Assembly: GCA_977862235.1 (NCBI GenBank)
Contig: OZ374563.1
Span: 806,001 to 870,000 of the forward strand
DNA from: Dudresnaya verticillata
Lineage: Eukaryota
Direction: 5' to 3'
Length of the DNA: 64,000 nucleotides
A program made the translations under genes and the position numbers. The notes below the pieces were generated by a model. The model did not search any database. It was not told the DNA's origin and saw nothing but the letters and a program-made list of their open reading frames with translations. Numbering within the stretch: position 1 is the stretch's first letter; the number at the start of each line of letters is the position of its first letter. This document shows, in pieces, positions 20,823 to 32,206 of the stretch.

Positions 20823-22063
20823 ATGCCGAAGGCCACCGGAGCTGAGGCTGCGGCCCTGGCGGCGTCAATGGCATGTCTTGCCACTTTACTTGTGGTTTGG
20901 CGCCGCTCTCGCTTGCAAAAGCAAACAGCTACACGGAAACGCAGAGTGACACGCCGGTCGGCACCAACACCTCAATACCGGCGCGCTGCGCTTCTCCGGC
21001 CTGTGAGCACTACGAAGGCAACTCCATGGAACCAGATTCTGTCCTGTGGGACGGACAACGAATTTTTGGTATCAACCAACTTTACGAAAGATATCATTAC
21101 GCAACGTATCCTGCCCTACTTTCTTCAGGAACGCAATACATGTAATTTCGGAAGCCCGTACAGGACTGGGGTTAAGACAAGAGGACGAAACCCTCTTCTC
21201 AACAGTATAGACCTATTGGGTTTGGCGCTGTGGTACATAAAGAGCAGGGGGCTATATACACTTTATACCCAATATTCGGCATCGTACCCTCAAGCATAAG
21301 CGTGTGGCTAGACTACAGCCTCGAAGTACTCAAGAATGTCGTGACAAGGACAGAAAGGACTGACTTCGAAATTAAATGGCCGTCACTAAACGAAATGAAA
21401 GCATCGGCTGCACTATTGGAAAAGAACAGGGTAAACGGATTGCTTCTTTCTGGAGTGTTTGGTATTACAGACGGCGGAAGGATGCCTTGTGCCGACTACA
21501 CAAATGTTGACCTGCAGAACGCCTACTATGAAGGCTTTACGCAGTCCGTGGAGGTGACAAATCTATTCGTGTTCAACTTTTTCGGTGAGCTCATTCATAC
21601 CGCCGTCAACTATCCAGGTAGTTGGCATGATAATAAGCTGGCAATGGCGTCTGGCTTGTACTACCCCAAGTTAGGGGACGAAATAACACCTCCTGGAATG
21701 GCGATTCTGGGTGACACCGCGTTCGTCAACAATCTTCGAGCGACTAACGGGAAAGTTATCAGAAGCAGACGGGCAAATGAAACGAGTGACGTACCTAACT
21801 CCTCTTATCTTGCAGCCGTTGATATAATTCTACAGCGCGTTACGCCAAGCGAGAGGCAAAGCGCAGAGTGGGGCATAAGGGCTATTAAAGGTCCCTTCTC
21901 AAGGCTGAAGGTTCCGCTACCTGCTGATGCAAAGAAACGGCTCCGTCTGCTAATAGTGTGTTGCCACCTTTTCAATTTACGAACAAGATTTGTCGGGCTA
22001 AACCGAATCAGGACTACGTATAGCAGAGAACATGGCACTGACAGTTCCGTACTTTTTGGTTAA
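20823..22063 (+). pseudogene. Harbinger-type DDE transposase (DDE_Tnp_4-like) with one frameshift near 21245
   Basis: GITDGG, NYPGSWHD, ILGDTAF, RQSAEWGIRAIKGPFSRL. ORFs 20823..21299 and 21230..22063. Confidence 0.9.
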
Positions 22064-23145
22064 ACATCATCTCTCTCATTACGACTCGTCGGTGACTGCT
22101 GCGACTTTGACAGAATTTCTAATACAGCCTTCATTTGCAACATCATTTCTGTGGCAGGCCGCAGAGATTCCTTCAGCTCTTCTCGAACCCTCCTTACCTC
22201 CTCCCTAACAACTGATACCTCGTCTCTAAACAGCTTCTTAATGCCCTCTGCATCCCTATCTCCGTGCGGTCCCATTTTGTCTTGACTGAATGAGTGAGAA
22301 ATGGTTCCAATGTGTTCCGTTAATTTTCCAACGTGTTCAAGCATCGCTTCGTCCAGTCGTGATATCTTTGAAGGCGTTGCTATTCCACCCTTACCAGCTT
22401 TACGCTTTCCCTGTCTCGTACCCACTGTATTATGTTCCTCTTCTGTCTGCCAACGACCGCCAGCTACCAAACTGTTACCATCCGAACCATCTTCGTTGTC
22501 GTCACCACTGCCAAGAACTTTCGCGGCGCACTTATTCTGGATTGCACGTGCAATGTGCTTAGCACGGCGAACTGGAGCCGGGCAAGACGGATCGCCAGTC
22601 TTTTTTTTCGTGTTTGCCATCTTATCAAACTTGTTCTTTAGGGATTCAGCGTCACGGTTAGGCCTGCTATTATGCGTTGCCCACTCCTCAAATTCTTTCC
22701 CTACTGCCGCCCAGTGGTTGGACCCCAGCGGCTCCACTTTCTCGACGATATCGAGTAAAGCGTTCACATCTTCTAAAGAGTAGTTCGGTGCTCCTGCTCT
22801 CGTCTGCCTTCCTTTGCGTAGTCGCGGCTGTGCGATGGGAGCTGCCAAGCCGTTTGTGGTCGTTTGAGTGACTGCCTGAGACGGTTGTGGTGTTTCAATG
22901 GATGTTGGCGGTGTCGGTACGTTTTTGCCAAGGCTTGTGTGGGTGGAGGTGGGCATGGCATGGACAGGCTCCACGAGGTCCAGCACTTCGGCGCCATAGT
23001 CGCCTTGAGCCGGTATGGGAGGCATGGGCGGTATTTGTGCAGGGTCCGGGAGCCTAGTACCATCCGCCATGCCTGCTCGGCGTGAGGAAGACTCTCCGGG
23101 ACCGGAAGACTTCGCCGATCTGTTAAGAAATACGACACGCAGCAC
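22060..23145 (-). CDS. Myb/SANT-like DNA-binding accessory protein of the Harbinger-type element
   Basis: NYSLEDVNALLDIVEKVEPLGSNHWAAV...RDAESLKNKFDKM, with a C-terminal coiled coil. Convergent with the transposase inside the TIRs. Confidence 0.85.
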   Translation of the reverse strand: MLRVVFLNRSAKSSGPGESSSRRAGMADGTRLPDPAQIPPMPPIPAQGDYGAEVLDLVEPVHAMPTSTHTSLGKNVPTPPTSIETPQPSQAVTQTTTNGLAAPIAQPRLRKGRQTRAGAPNYSLEDVNALLDIVEKVEPLGSNHWAAVGKEFEEWATHNSRPNRDAESLKNKFDKMANTKKKTGDPSCPAPVRRAKHIARAIQNKCAAKVLGSGDDNEDGSDGNSLVAGGRWQTEEEHNTVGTRQGKRKAGKGGIATPSKISRLDEAMLEHVGKLTEHIGTISHSFSQDKMGPHGDRDAEGIKKLFRDEVSVVREEVRRVREELKESLRPATEMMLQMKAVLEILSKSQQSPTSRNERDDV

Positions 23146-23297
23146 GAGAAAAAAGTGGTGATTTGGCAGCAGGAGTCTTTTCTTGAAAAGCTATCACTCC
23201 CTACAAATCTGGCGATATGGTATTTTCTGCATGCACCCACTGCACACCCCTTTTGGTTTCCGGGGGAGCCCCCTGAGGCGCGCGCACTATATGCGCT

Positions 23298-23437
23298 GTA
23301 TTCTGGGAGAAGACTCCGATTAATCTATTTTCGGAGGTTACTCCGGCTCGTGGAGAGTGGGCTCCGGGCTGTATTATGGGAGTGCACTCCCGGTATTCTA
23401 TTTTCGGAGATGACTCCGGCTCGTGGGGAGAGCGCTC
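23298..23437. repeat. Two-copy ~74-bp tandem duplication
   Basis: TATT.TGGGAG...CTATTTTCGGAG.T.ACTCCGGCTCGTGG occurs twice. Confidence 0.7.
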
Positions 23438-24257
23438 TCTGCCTGGGAGAGGACTATGGAGTTGCCAGCAAGGTCACCACGGGCGTTTGTACGCTGTACG
23501 CGCTGGGGCCCAAGCGGGCCAGCACATGGACCACCCGGTCCAGTGTCCACTCAGGTCCGCCCCGGTCGGTCCAAAATGAGGACCCATGGGTCCGCCGAAA
23601 ATGCTTACAGTGACTTACAGCGGGAAAAGGGAAAACTGAGCGCGCATCCCAGAGAATGTTGTGGGCCGGTATTCGTGGCCGAAGGTGCTGCTGTTGATGG
23701 AATAAGTATGGCCGCGTGGAAACAACCACGTTAAAAAAAGCTGCTAGGACGCAACAGCACTGTGCATGGTAACATGCCGATTGTGGCGACCTGGAAGGCT
23801 TTTCGGGAAGTTCCTCCTCGTGTGGGTCGGTCGGATGCACCGAGTCCGGGCGGGCTGCTAATGACGATGACAGAGCGAGCGGGCCGGCCGCGAGAGGGTG
23901 ATGGTAGGTTGGAAAGTGGGGTTCCGCTACAACTCTCCGTCGATAACAATAACACGGCGGACACGCCGAACCGAGCACTCCGCTGTGCGAACGCAGGCGG
24001 AAATCCGCGAAAGCATGGACAAGTCGGCACACAAGCGGGGATACCCCCGAAAGAGGTTTGCGAACAGCGGCCGTGGTTTGGTCCGCGTCAATACATGGAA
24101 TGTGGGGAACCGCGCAGCGCAACGAGAGAGTCGCCGACAAAGGCGGTGGGCCAGATGACGCATCGAAGTACACCGGAGGAAACTCCGTCGTGGGTCAGGC
24201 CGCCGCGGAACGTCGTAGGAAGGTCAGCTCCGGGGTCCGCTCTTGAAGGGGGGGCTA

Positions 24258-24942
24258 TGCGGTGCAGCGACCAGACCCTCTTTTTGCGCGGACGCCCGCT
24301 GTTTTACACTCACACACGTGTGCCCATTCACCCACGTGTATACGCGCACACGCGCGCCACATATATCCGAGGGAGTCCTCGTACGGATGCGCGCCAACAA
24401 TGCGCACCCTTAGATTACACTGATTTACAGTGCGGTAGTAGTATTTCTACGCGAGATATTTTTGCGCGATATTTTAGTGAGCTCGCGGTGCGCGCGCATG
24501 CCAAGTGTTAGGCGCACGGCGCCAGACACGCACGCGCACCTCCCGCGGGGGATACTTAGTATACGGGGTGAACCCCTCTCTCAGTAAATCGCAAAGTCCG
24601 CAGCAGAGTCGAGGGTACCCCCGTACTTGCACACGGTGAAGTCACCGCCTGCGACTCGGGTTACGTAACCCAACTCTTGCTTGCGCGGCCCAACCGCTTC
24701 GTTCATCCTACAGCCGACGTCGGCGTTGCTGTTCGTGGATCTGAACCACGGTTAACCACCAACGTGGTCGGGGCTTTACAGTCGACCCGACCCCGTTGTT
24801 TCTACGTTCCGGGGCACACCCCGTGCTCCGTGCTCTACCACCACACCGGCGCCCGCCTCAAAGCGTGGCGCCTACTACCATCGTGGGAGACCACTTGAAC
24901 ACTGGTTCTGGGGCAATCCCCGTCTTTGGGTGTTGCACTACA
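24258..24942 (+). repeat. 3' LTR of plus-strand Gypsy element 4
   Basis: PPT GAAGGGGGGG at 24245-24254. Termini TGCGGTGCA...TGCACTACA. Homologous to the LTR at 17421-18261. Confidence 0.8.
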
Positions 24943-24987
24943 CTTATCGGTGTCACCAGTGATGGAAGCGATTTCACATTCGCGGAC

Positions 24988-27918
24988 ATGGCAATGAGCG
25001 AACGAGTCGCGTGGCTCAGCCTCTCCGTTTGTCTCATCAAGGATGGCAATCCTATTCTGATGCAACACTTCAAGGAGAACTTCGAAGGGTGTAGCGGCAA
25101 GGCTCTCGTACTCGATGTGCTAGGAAACGCAATGTTGCAAGCACTCGATGGCTTTGAGCGCAAGCTCTGCGTCTTGCGCGTTATGTCTACGAGAGCAGGG
25201 TATATGTCCACCTACGGTATATCCGAACATCAAGGATGGAGCGCTTCGAAGATTACCAGCATCATCAGCATTGTATCCAAGCTGATAGACGCCGCTGAGG
25301 GAAGGTTCAAAATGGCTTGGCCGGACGCCACGTCGTTTACGAAGTTATGGCTAGAGGCACCTGTTCGACTGCCCCGCTCCTTCATTTCCGATGAATGCAA
25401 CGGCACGACTTGCGAGCGATTCATCGGCATTTTGAATACCGTCGTATTTCCCCTTTCCCTGCAACATTTCGAAGTCGACAAGGGAAAAATACCGGACTCA
25501 GACTTGGAGAAGCAATGGCCGTTGTCCCACCCGTATCCTTACGACGAGTTCATGGTATTTGATTCGGGAATGAGAATCGTGACTCACGCAGTGCAAACAT
25601 TACGCAAGGATGGGTTTCATCCTAACAAAAATATTCCAAAGGCGTTGTATGAGACTCCCCTTGCTGGCAAGGATGCAAACACCAGGCCCTCGGTATCTGA
25701 TGTGAAGACCAGTCATCCTTTCTATGGTGCCGAAGATACATCGGAAGAGATCGACCAAATTCAGAAATCGATTCCAGGCCAATCAGGAAAGGACGATCCT
25801 ATCAAGACCAGCATCTACGGCGGCGACGTCGCGAACAGCAGCTCACGTTCAGCGAGCCAAAGCTCACGTTCCGCATCTTCATCTTCTTCAACGGATCGCA
25901 CCCCTGCTAACACTGCACCCAGACCTCTTGCTCCACTCGACTCGGAGATGAAGACGAGAGATTCAACCGCAATTGCGCAACGGGGTGATTTCTCGGTCCC
26001 CCGAAAAGTGCGCTTCCGGAAACGCGAAGAAGTGCACTTCATGACAGACCAAGAACCCGATGATGATGAAGTGCTTATCGATGAGGGGAAAGGTTATGAT
26101 GGCTCCAGTGGTGATGAAGAGGTTGTCGGTGAGAGGAAAGGTTCTGCTGGCTCAAGTGGTGATGAAGTGGTTGTCGATGAGGGGAACGGTTCTGATGGCT
26201 CCAGTGGTGTTGAAGAGGTTGCTGTGATGAAAGGACAAGGGCAGGATGAAGAAGGAAAGGAAAGAAGACCGCCTGCGAAGCCGCTTGTCCCCAAGACGAA
26301 GATGAAAGGACGGAGCTCCGTCCTTCCCAGGGAGGCTGCAAAAAAATTGCGCTCATACATGATCAGGCCTAGTCGTCGCCCTGCCCCTTTTTCTCGATTC
26401 AAGGAAGCTGCTGATGCGGAGAGAAGTGTAGCCACATCTGAGGGTTTGCACGTAGTAAGGAATGAGTACAATTCCGTCTACTCACGTGCAGAAACCATGA
26501 AGCAAGGCAGAAATCCGCCTACGAGAATTGAAGTAGAGCTGGGCGTACTACCAGAAGGGCACCTGCTGGAGCAACTTCTTCTGAGCGAAATCTCCGCGCT
26601 CCATCCAGAAGCACCCCACAGACGTGTGCTCGGGGAGGAGGACGTCAAGGAAGTTCGTGCATCCATCAAGACTACAGCTGCTTTCGCTTACCAGAGCGAT
26701 TTCCGCCTCGAAAGAAACCCGTCAGATACGCATCGTTGGGAGCACTGCACGAAATCGCACTTCGATATCCTGCGTGAGTGTTTAAGCAGAGACGGATACT
26801 ATGTTGACCGTCATTTCTTGGCTAGAACGGGAGCTCGACTCATGCCCGCCTGTGTTGATTACGTTACGCAACACATGGTAGCGAGGTTAGCGGAACAACT
26901 CCAGGACGGCAAGAGCTCAGATGACGCTGACAACTGGTGGCATATCATCACCTCTGAGTCGGAAGAGGGAGCAGCCGAGGTTTCGAAGGATTTCAAGGCC
27001 CTTCTACGAAAGGACAAGGATTTGGCGGCTAGGAACTTCCGGTTCCAAACCACTCCTCACATGTTCTGCGACAAGCTTATGCGGGAAGATTCGATGAAGG
27101 ATAGCTCGGGACAACTCGTGATTTGCGGGACGTTCAAGAGCAAATGCCTTCTGGAGCTATTCTTGTCCTTGTACGTGGAGTATGCCAAACTCCAAGACAG
27201 GGTGGAGCCGTTGCGCATCCCTTTGCGCGGAGCCCAGCTGATCTGTACTTCAGATCAGGTTTGTGCACAAACCTGCCACACCGACTTCATGGTACCGGAA
27301 CCGGGATGGTCTCCTTGTGCTGTTGGGCACAATAAGCCAAAGCGGATGTACGGCGTTGCTCCGGAGATGCTACATCTAACTATCATGTTTTGCGGCTCTC
27401 AACCTTTCGCAATTCGGGTGTGGCCACGGTCCCACAAGGTATTGAACACGAAGCGTCCGGAGGCTAGGACTCAGCTGATGCAGCACTTACCATCGAAGCT
27501 TGTAACTGTTCCGCCTTACAGTCTGCTAGTACTTCGCGGAGATGTCGCCCATGCGGGCGCGAGTGGAGAGGAGAAAAGAATTTCTTTTGGATGCGGGGGC
27601 CATGCACCCTATCCTCTCACACCTGCGCAGGATATGTATTCTCCTCATCGTGACAAACTCTTCTCCCTCCAAGTTGCTGGTCTACCTGTCAATGTCCGCG
27701 GTCACACCTACTTCGTCCGCTCCGGTAGTTCACTACATGACTCGCTCTGGACAACGAGAAGTCAAAACAATGTCGCATGGAATACGAATGACGAGAACCT
27801 TCCAGTCTCTCTTCAAACTCCGGGAAAGGTAGTGATGCCAGAAAGCAATGGAGATCAACAGTCTGATGGAAAGCCTGTAGATGGAGATGATGAGCAGTTA
27901 GATTCTGATTGCTGCTGA
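24988..27918 (+). CDS. ~976-aa protein with a C-terminal PhyH-like 2-oxoglutarate/Fe(II) dioxygenase domain
   Basis: QTCHTDF (HxD) ... IRVWPRSH ... VTVPPYSLLVLRGDVAHAGA (distal His) ... NVRGHTY (Arg). The frame is uninterrupted. The true 5' end may be truncated by the LTR ending at 24942. Confidence 0.75.
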   Translation: MAMSERVAWLSLSVCLIKDGNPILMQHFKENFEGCSGKALVLDVLGNAMLQALDGFERKLCVLRVMSTRAGYMSTYGISEHQGWSASKITSIISIVSKLIDAAEGRFKMAWPDATSFTKLWLEAPVRLPRSFISDECNGTTCERFIGILNTVVFPLSLQHFEVDKGKIPDSDLEKQWPLSHPYPYDEFMVFDSGMRIVTHAVQTLRKDGFHPNKNIPKALYETPLAGKDANTRPSVSDVKTSHPFYGAEDTSEEIDQIQKSIPGQSGKDDPIKTSIYGGDVANSSSRSASQSSRSASSSSSTDRTPANTAPRPLAPLDSEMKTRDSTAIAQRGDFSVPRKVRFRKREEVHFMTDQEPDDDEVLIDEGKGYDGSSGDEEVVGERKGSAGSSGDEVVVDEGNGSDGSSGVEEVAVMKGQGQDEEGKERRPPAKPLVPKTKMKGRSSVLPREAAKKLRSYMIRPSRRPAPFSRFKEAADAERSVATSEGLHVVRNEYNSVYSRAETMKQGRNPPTRIEVELGVLPEGHLLEQLLLSEISALHPEAPHRRVLGEEDVKEVRASIKTTAAFAYQSDFRLERNPSDTHRWEHCTKSHFDILRECLSRDGYYVDRHFLARTGARLMPACVDYVTQHMVARLAEQLQDGKSSDDADNWWHIITSESEEGAAEVSKDFKALLRKDKDLAARNFRFQTTPHMFCDKLMREDSMKDSSGQLVICGTFKSKCLLELFLSLYVEYAKLQDRVEPLRIPLRGAQLICTSDQVCAQTCHTDFMVPEPGWSPCAVGHNKPKRMYGVAPEMLHLTIMFCGSQPFAIRVWPRSHKVLNTKRPEARTQLMQHLPSKLVTVPPYSLLVLRGDVAHAGASGEEKRISFGCGGHAPYPLTPAQDMYSPHRDKLFSLQVAGLPVNVRGHTYFVRSGSSLHDSLWTTRSQNNVAWNTNDENLPVSLQTPGKVVMPESNGDQQSDGKPVDGDDEQLDSDCC

Positions 27919-28223
27919 TAACAATTGTAAGAATTCATCCTTACGCATTCTTTGTAAACTTGTATGACTTTACTGTTCCATTCACTATGCTCGCGACAGT
28001 CGGCAGACGGTGGTCATGATCTCGGCGATCGCCAGCCTGCAGGCAGTGACGAGAGATTGACGACTCACTTTCCTGCGGACGCATCCGTGGACGCGAGAAA
28101 TGCAATGAAGGTAAAGATACCTCCATAGCAATATATTGCTATGGAAGTATCCTTTCGAGTTATAAATCTTTTCTGCAACGTTAGAAGATGTACCCCAAAA
28201 CGCCTCTCCTCCGGAAGGACAGT

Positions 28224-28812
28224 ACATGTTGACAGCAATTCTCCCTGTCGACAAAGTAGGAAAGGACCATTGTCAATTGGTTGCTAGGATGACTCATCCT
28301 TTCATGCACTAGGAAAGGACAATTTATTTTGTATATTTGGCTTGGTTACAAGAACATCTTGACAGCAATTCTCCCTGTCGACAAAGTAGGAAAGGACCAT
28401 TGTCAATTGGATGCTAGGGCACCTCATCCTTTCATGCTGTAAGAAAAGGACAATTTATTTTGTATCTTTGGCTTGATTACAAAAGCATGTTGACAGCAAT
28501 TCTCCCTGTCGACAAAGTAGGAAAGGACCATTGTCAATTGGTTGCTAGGATGACTCATCCTTTCATGCACTAGGAAAGGACAATTTATTTTGTATATTTG
28601 GCTTGATTACAAGAACATGTTGACAGCAATTCTTCCTGTCGACAAAGTAGGAAAGGATCATGGAAAATTGTTTGCCAGGCTGCCTCATCCTTTCATGCAC
28701 TAGGAAAGGACAATTTATTTTGTATAGTTGGCTTGATTACAAGAACATCTTGATAGAAATTTTCCCTGTCGTCAAAGTAGAAAAGGACAATTGTCATTTG
28801 GTTGCTCGTGTG
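28224..28812. repeat. Tandem array of ~130-bp units, ~4.5 copies
   Basis: TTGACAGCAATTCTCCCTGTCGACAAAGTAGGAAAGG recurs at 28229, 28359, 28490, 28620 and (diverged) 28750. Confidence 0.97.
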
Positions 28813-28836
28813 CCTCATAAGGAGAGAGTGACGAGA

Positions 28837-31286
28837 TCAAAAGAATGGGTCCAGCTCCTCGTCGTCTTCCAGAATATGGATCCCTTCTTCCACATAGTTT
28901 TCGATAACACTGTCCCTTGCACAACTGTTATGAAAGGTCTCTTCTCGGTCTTGGCTCTCTTTTTCAATTCTATCCTTTGCCAGATGGTCATGGTATTCTG
29001 CCTTTGACCGTGAAAACCTATTCGCCAACCTGGATCCGATCTTGTCCTTATCCAAGATCATCAGACCAGGGAAAACATCTTCGTCCTCTTCGTGCAGTGC
29101 TTGCAAACGACCACTACGATTTACATCGACGGTGCCATCTTGAGATTTTCTTACTCCGCTCTCATCCTTACGTGCAACAGTGTGCAAGGTTATTGAGCCT
29201 AAGAGAAACGTTTCGATTCTGTTCACATTTTTTCCAAGTTCTGATGCAATGATAGCACGAAAGGTCAGCGCTAGAGCATGCACTGCTCTCAGAGATAGCT
29301 TTGTGGACCGCAAGACGTTCGCCATACCCTCTGCTCGCGAAGCCTCCATTAAGACACGAAGTGCAACTGTATGAAACGACACCTGTTCGTATTGAGTCCA
29401 TTTTTGCTCGGTCACTGGAGCGATTCGCAACAATCGCCCTGTCCGTCCTTTCTCTCGGTACACAGCTTGATACCACAGACTAATAGTTAATGAGGGGAAG
29501 GCATTTTGGAGGTTCACGAACTGGATTTCGTTAGTCTTGTCCACGCTTTCTATTTCCGTCTCCCCATCCCCAGCCTCTAGATAGAAGCTGTACCAATAAC
29601 AGTTTCCAAACTGATCTTGGAAGTATAGAACTCTTTTTCCTCCGAGGAAAGAGGGGGGAGTTGAATTCCGTACTCATCTGAAACGATTGCCTCGTTCTCT
29701 TCAAGGTATGCAAGGATGAAACCGAAAGACTTAAAAATGACTTTTCGAGCAGCCATTCTTCCAGTGTTGATGACCCTTGCGGTGTGTTTTCGTAGAACAT
29801 CAATACCACCCGTGAATGTCTTCTCCAAATTCCAATACTTCTTAGCCTCTGCACTCTTAGAAATTGTATTCTGTAACGGATCTCCTCGAGCGCGCTTATG
29901 CCCTTCCTCCCGACTTTCATGAGCTCTTCTTAACACTTGATCAACCTGTCCTTTCATTGCTCTCTTCTCAAATATGCGAGCATGCCGCAACTCCGTCTTT
30001 GATAGGCCGCTCGTCAGCCGACGCATCATGTCCAAGGGAACTGTGTCTGTGCTTTTACCGACAAGATCAATCGAATCACAGCCATGTCTAGAATTTTCAG
30101 TCGCCCTCCTTGCAGACCGAAGGAAGAAGACGTACAGCCATTCCGGCATAGCAACTGACGTATGCGGTGGGCTATCTCGACCGGGATATGGGACGAAGAA
30201 CAAAGATTTCCCGGCCCTCGAAGACCAAACCAAATGAAGAATCATGTCGGAGTAAAGTTCCCTTGCCCGGCTGGCAATTGACGACTTGTGCTTCTTCTTC
30301 GTGTCAATGCGCTGCCTCGAGAATAGGTATGCTGGAAAGGTCGGAATAGCGCTTGATGCACGTTCTCTTTCGGATTCATTAGCGGCGGAGATATCGGAAG
30401 CGTCAAACGGAAGCTCCACAGCGGAACTCAGATCTGAAGAAAGGTTGGCATTGAGTGTTTGCAAAATGGTCCACGTCAGTCGAACACGTTCTGCAATGAG
30501 AGGTAGACCAGGTACTTGTTCCATCTTCTCAATTTTAACTTCTTCTTCCTGCTCCTGCTTCTTGCGCTTACCCGTGCACCCATCCTTTCTTGAATGTCTG
30601 CGCTGCATATTCAAAACGTTTACATTGCTCATAGCATCCTTCAGACAATCAGAAATTGGCGATATCTTCTGCACTTCGTCTTGTACTTCTTTCTTCAGCG
30701 AACCAAGAGAGGTGTTGATGAAGTCCTTGATTTCACGTAACTCACGTCGGACAACAGAAGCGACCTGTAGGTTCACATTAACGTCTGGAACCAGTGTCCG
30801 CATACCTCCACCACGTCCAGATATGCCTGCTGCGCAATTCTCTCTGAAGCTAGACTCCCCGTTCTGGATTGGTACCTGCGTGCTCATCGTACCAGAACCT
30901 ACCCTGATTCGATTCTGCTCTTGAGCAGCTGATGTAACCACGGCGGACCTTGACGTTTCTGCAAGCATATCCGTTGTGAGATATAAACTTACAAGGTTGG
31001 CGCGACTGGCCAGTATGAGTGAAGATGATACTGAAAGTTTTCAGAACGTGAGCTTGGAAACGTCTATGCCGATAACCTTTCCTGGTTGTAGAGGCCAAGC
31101 TATCCTTTCATGTTTTGGGTCTGAAAGAAGGGCACCTTCATGCGTAGGATTTACATTCTTTCCTTTCTGAGATCGTGTTTCCCGCCATAATGGGAGCAGC
31201 AACCGTGTGCTGTCATGGCGGTCAGAACTTACCGGATGGACACAGGCATTCACCTGCAGGTGAGACGCAACGGAAATGATTGCCAA
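28837..31286 (-). pseudogene. Gene B' (unknown function), homologue of CACTA cargo gene B
   Basis: ORFs 31041..31286 and 29577..30968 share a frame, followed by 28837..29544. Motif matches to 40047-42551 are given under findings. Confidence 0.6.
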
Positions 31287-32079
31287 ATTCAGAAATAGTC
31301 CTAGGTTTGTAAATTACGCGGCATTCCCAATCTGTTGTCCTTTCATTGGCCCTTTCCATGGAGAAAGGATGCAGTTCACCGTTGCAGCAATCTTCCTGTG
31401 CGCGCGCCCTGCTCCAGTGAAAGTGGGAAACCTCGTCGTTTGACAGTCATCAAACAAATAAAACGCCACGTTCACGTTCTGAAAACGCGCATAGAGAGTG
31501 TTTGACTGATTGACTCACACCACATCCTGGCATTTCCTAGGGAATGAGTGTCCTTTCCTACCTGCTGCGAACATGCTGACGCAGAGAATTGTCGTTTGAA
31601 AGGGACCCGGATCGTCTTTGCGGGTCCTGGTTGGATAGTTAATGTGCCCAATGTGACCAGAACGTGTTTCCATTGGATTAAACCAGTGGTTTGGGGCACA
31701 AGCAAATCCATGCCGGTTTATGGCGATTTCACAACCTCGTCCTTCCCGCGCTCTTCAGCGCGCTGAAGAGCGGTTGTGGGAGTTCAAAGTCTGCAAGGAC
31801 GGAATTGGAAGGATATATAGCTAGGCGCCTAGGTCCGCTTTTCATGTTCCATGTGATATCACGCGCACGAAGATTCTCCTTCAACCCGTATTTACTCCGC
31901 AAGAACGCCGTCACCTTCGGTCTACGGCTAAGTTTCCGAGAATTCGTAAGAGAAAACAGGGTATGTACCATATGGTAGCGTCCAGATACTTCGTATTTCA
32001 AGAGCTTTCTACCAATAATTCTGACGTTTCGAAATCCATTGACCTGTCCTTACATTGTTTTTACATTGCCAACGTCCTT

Positions 32080-32206
32080 AACCTTTCTTTCTGCTCAACA
32101 TTTCTTCCAGATCAACCTTTCCTCATGCCGAACCTTTGCTCATGCTGAACCTTTGCTCATGCTCAACCTTTCCTCATGCTCAACCTTTCCTCATGCTCAA
32201 CCTTTC
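32080..32206. repeat. 17-bp minisatellite (AACCTTTCCTCATGCTC)n, ~7 copies
   Basis: Directly visible in the sequence. Confidence 0.9.

Larger units (their letters stand above)
20624..23238. mobile_element. Complete PIF/Harbinger-superfamily (PHIS) DNA transposon, 2615 bp
   Basis: Perfect 18-bp TIR GGGTGCATGCAGAAAATA (20624-20641 / 23221-23238). 3-bp TSD ACT (20621-23 / 23239-41). Two convergent ORFs. Confidence 0.95.

Noticed and set aside
17421..24942. Paired 5' and 3' LTRs of one element
   Set aside because: Both copies are preceded by a PPT, neither is followed by a PBS, and their 5' parts differ. They are better explained as 3' LTRs of two related nested elements.
26060..26225. ~48-bp coding repeat (GSSGDEEVV)
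   Set aside because: An ordinary low-complexity expansion in a disordered linker.
28224..28812. Possible CRISPR array
   Set aside because: The whole 130-bp unit repeats, with no unique spacers and no cas genes, in a eukaryotic TE context. The same applies to 42720-43830.
31290..32000. Possible SET or other Cys-rich domain upstream of gene B'
   Set aside because: Only a weak GHINYP resemblance among fragmented frames, which cannot be supported.
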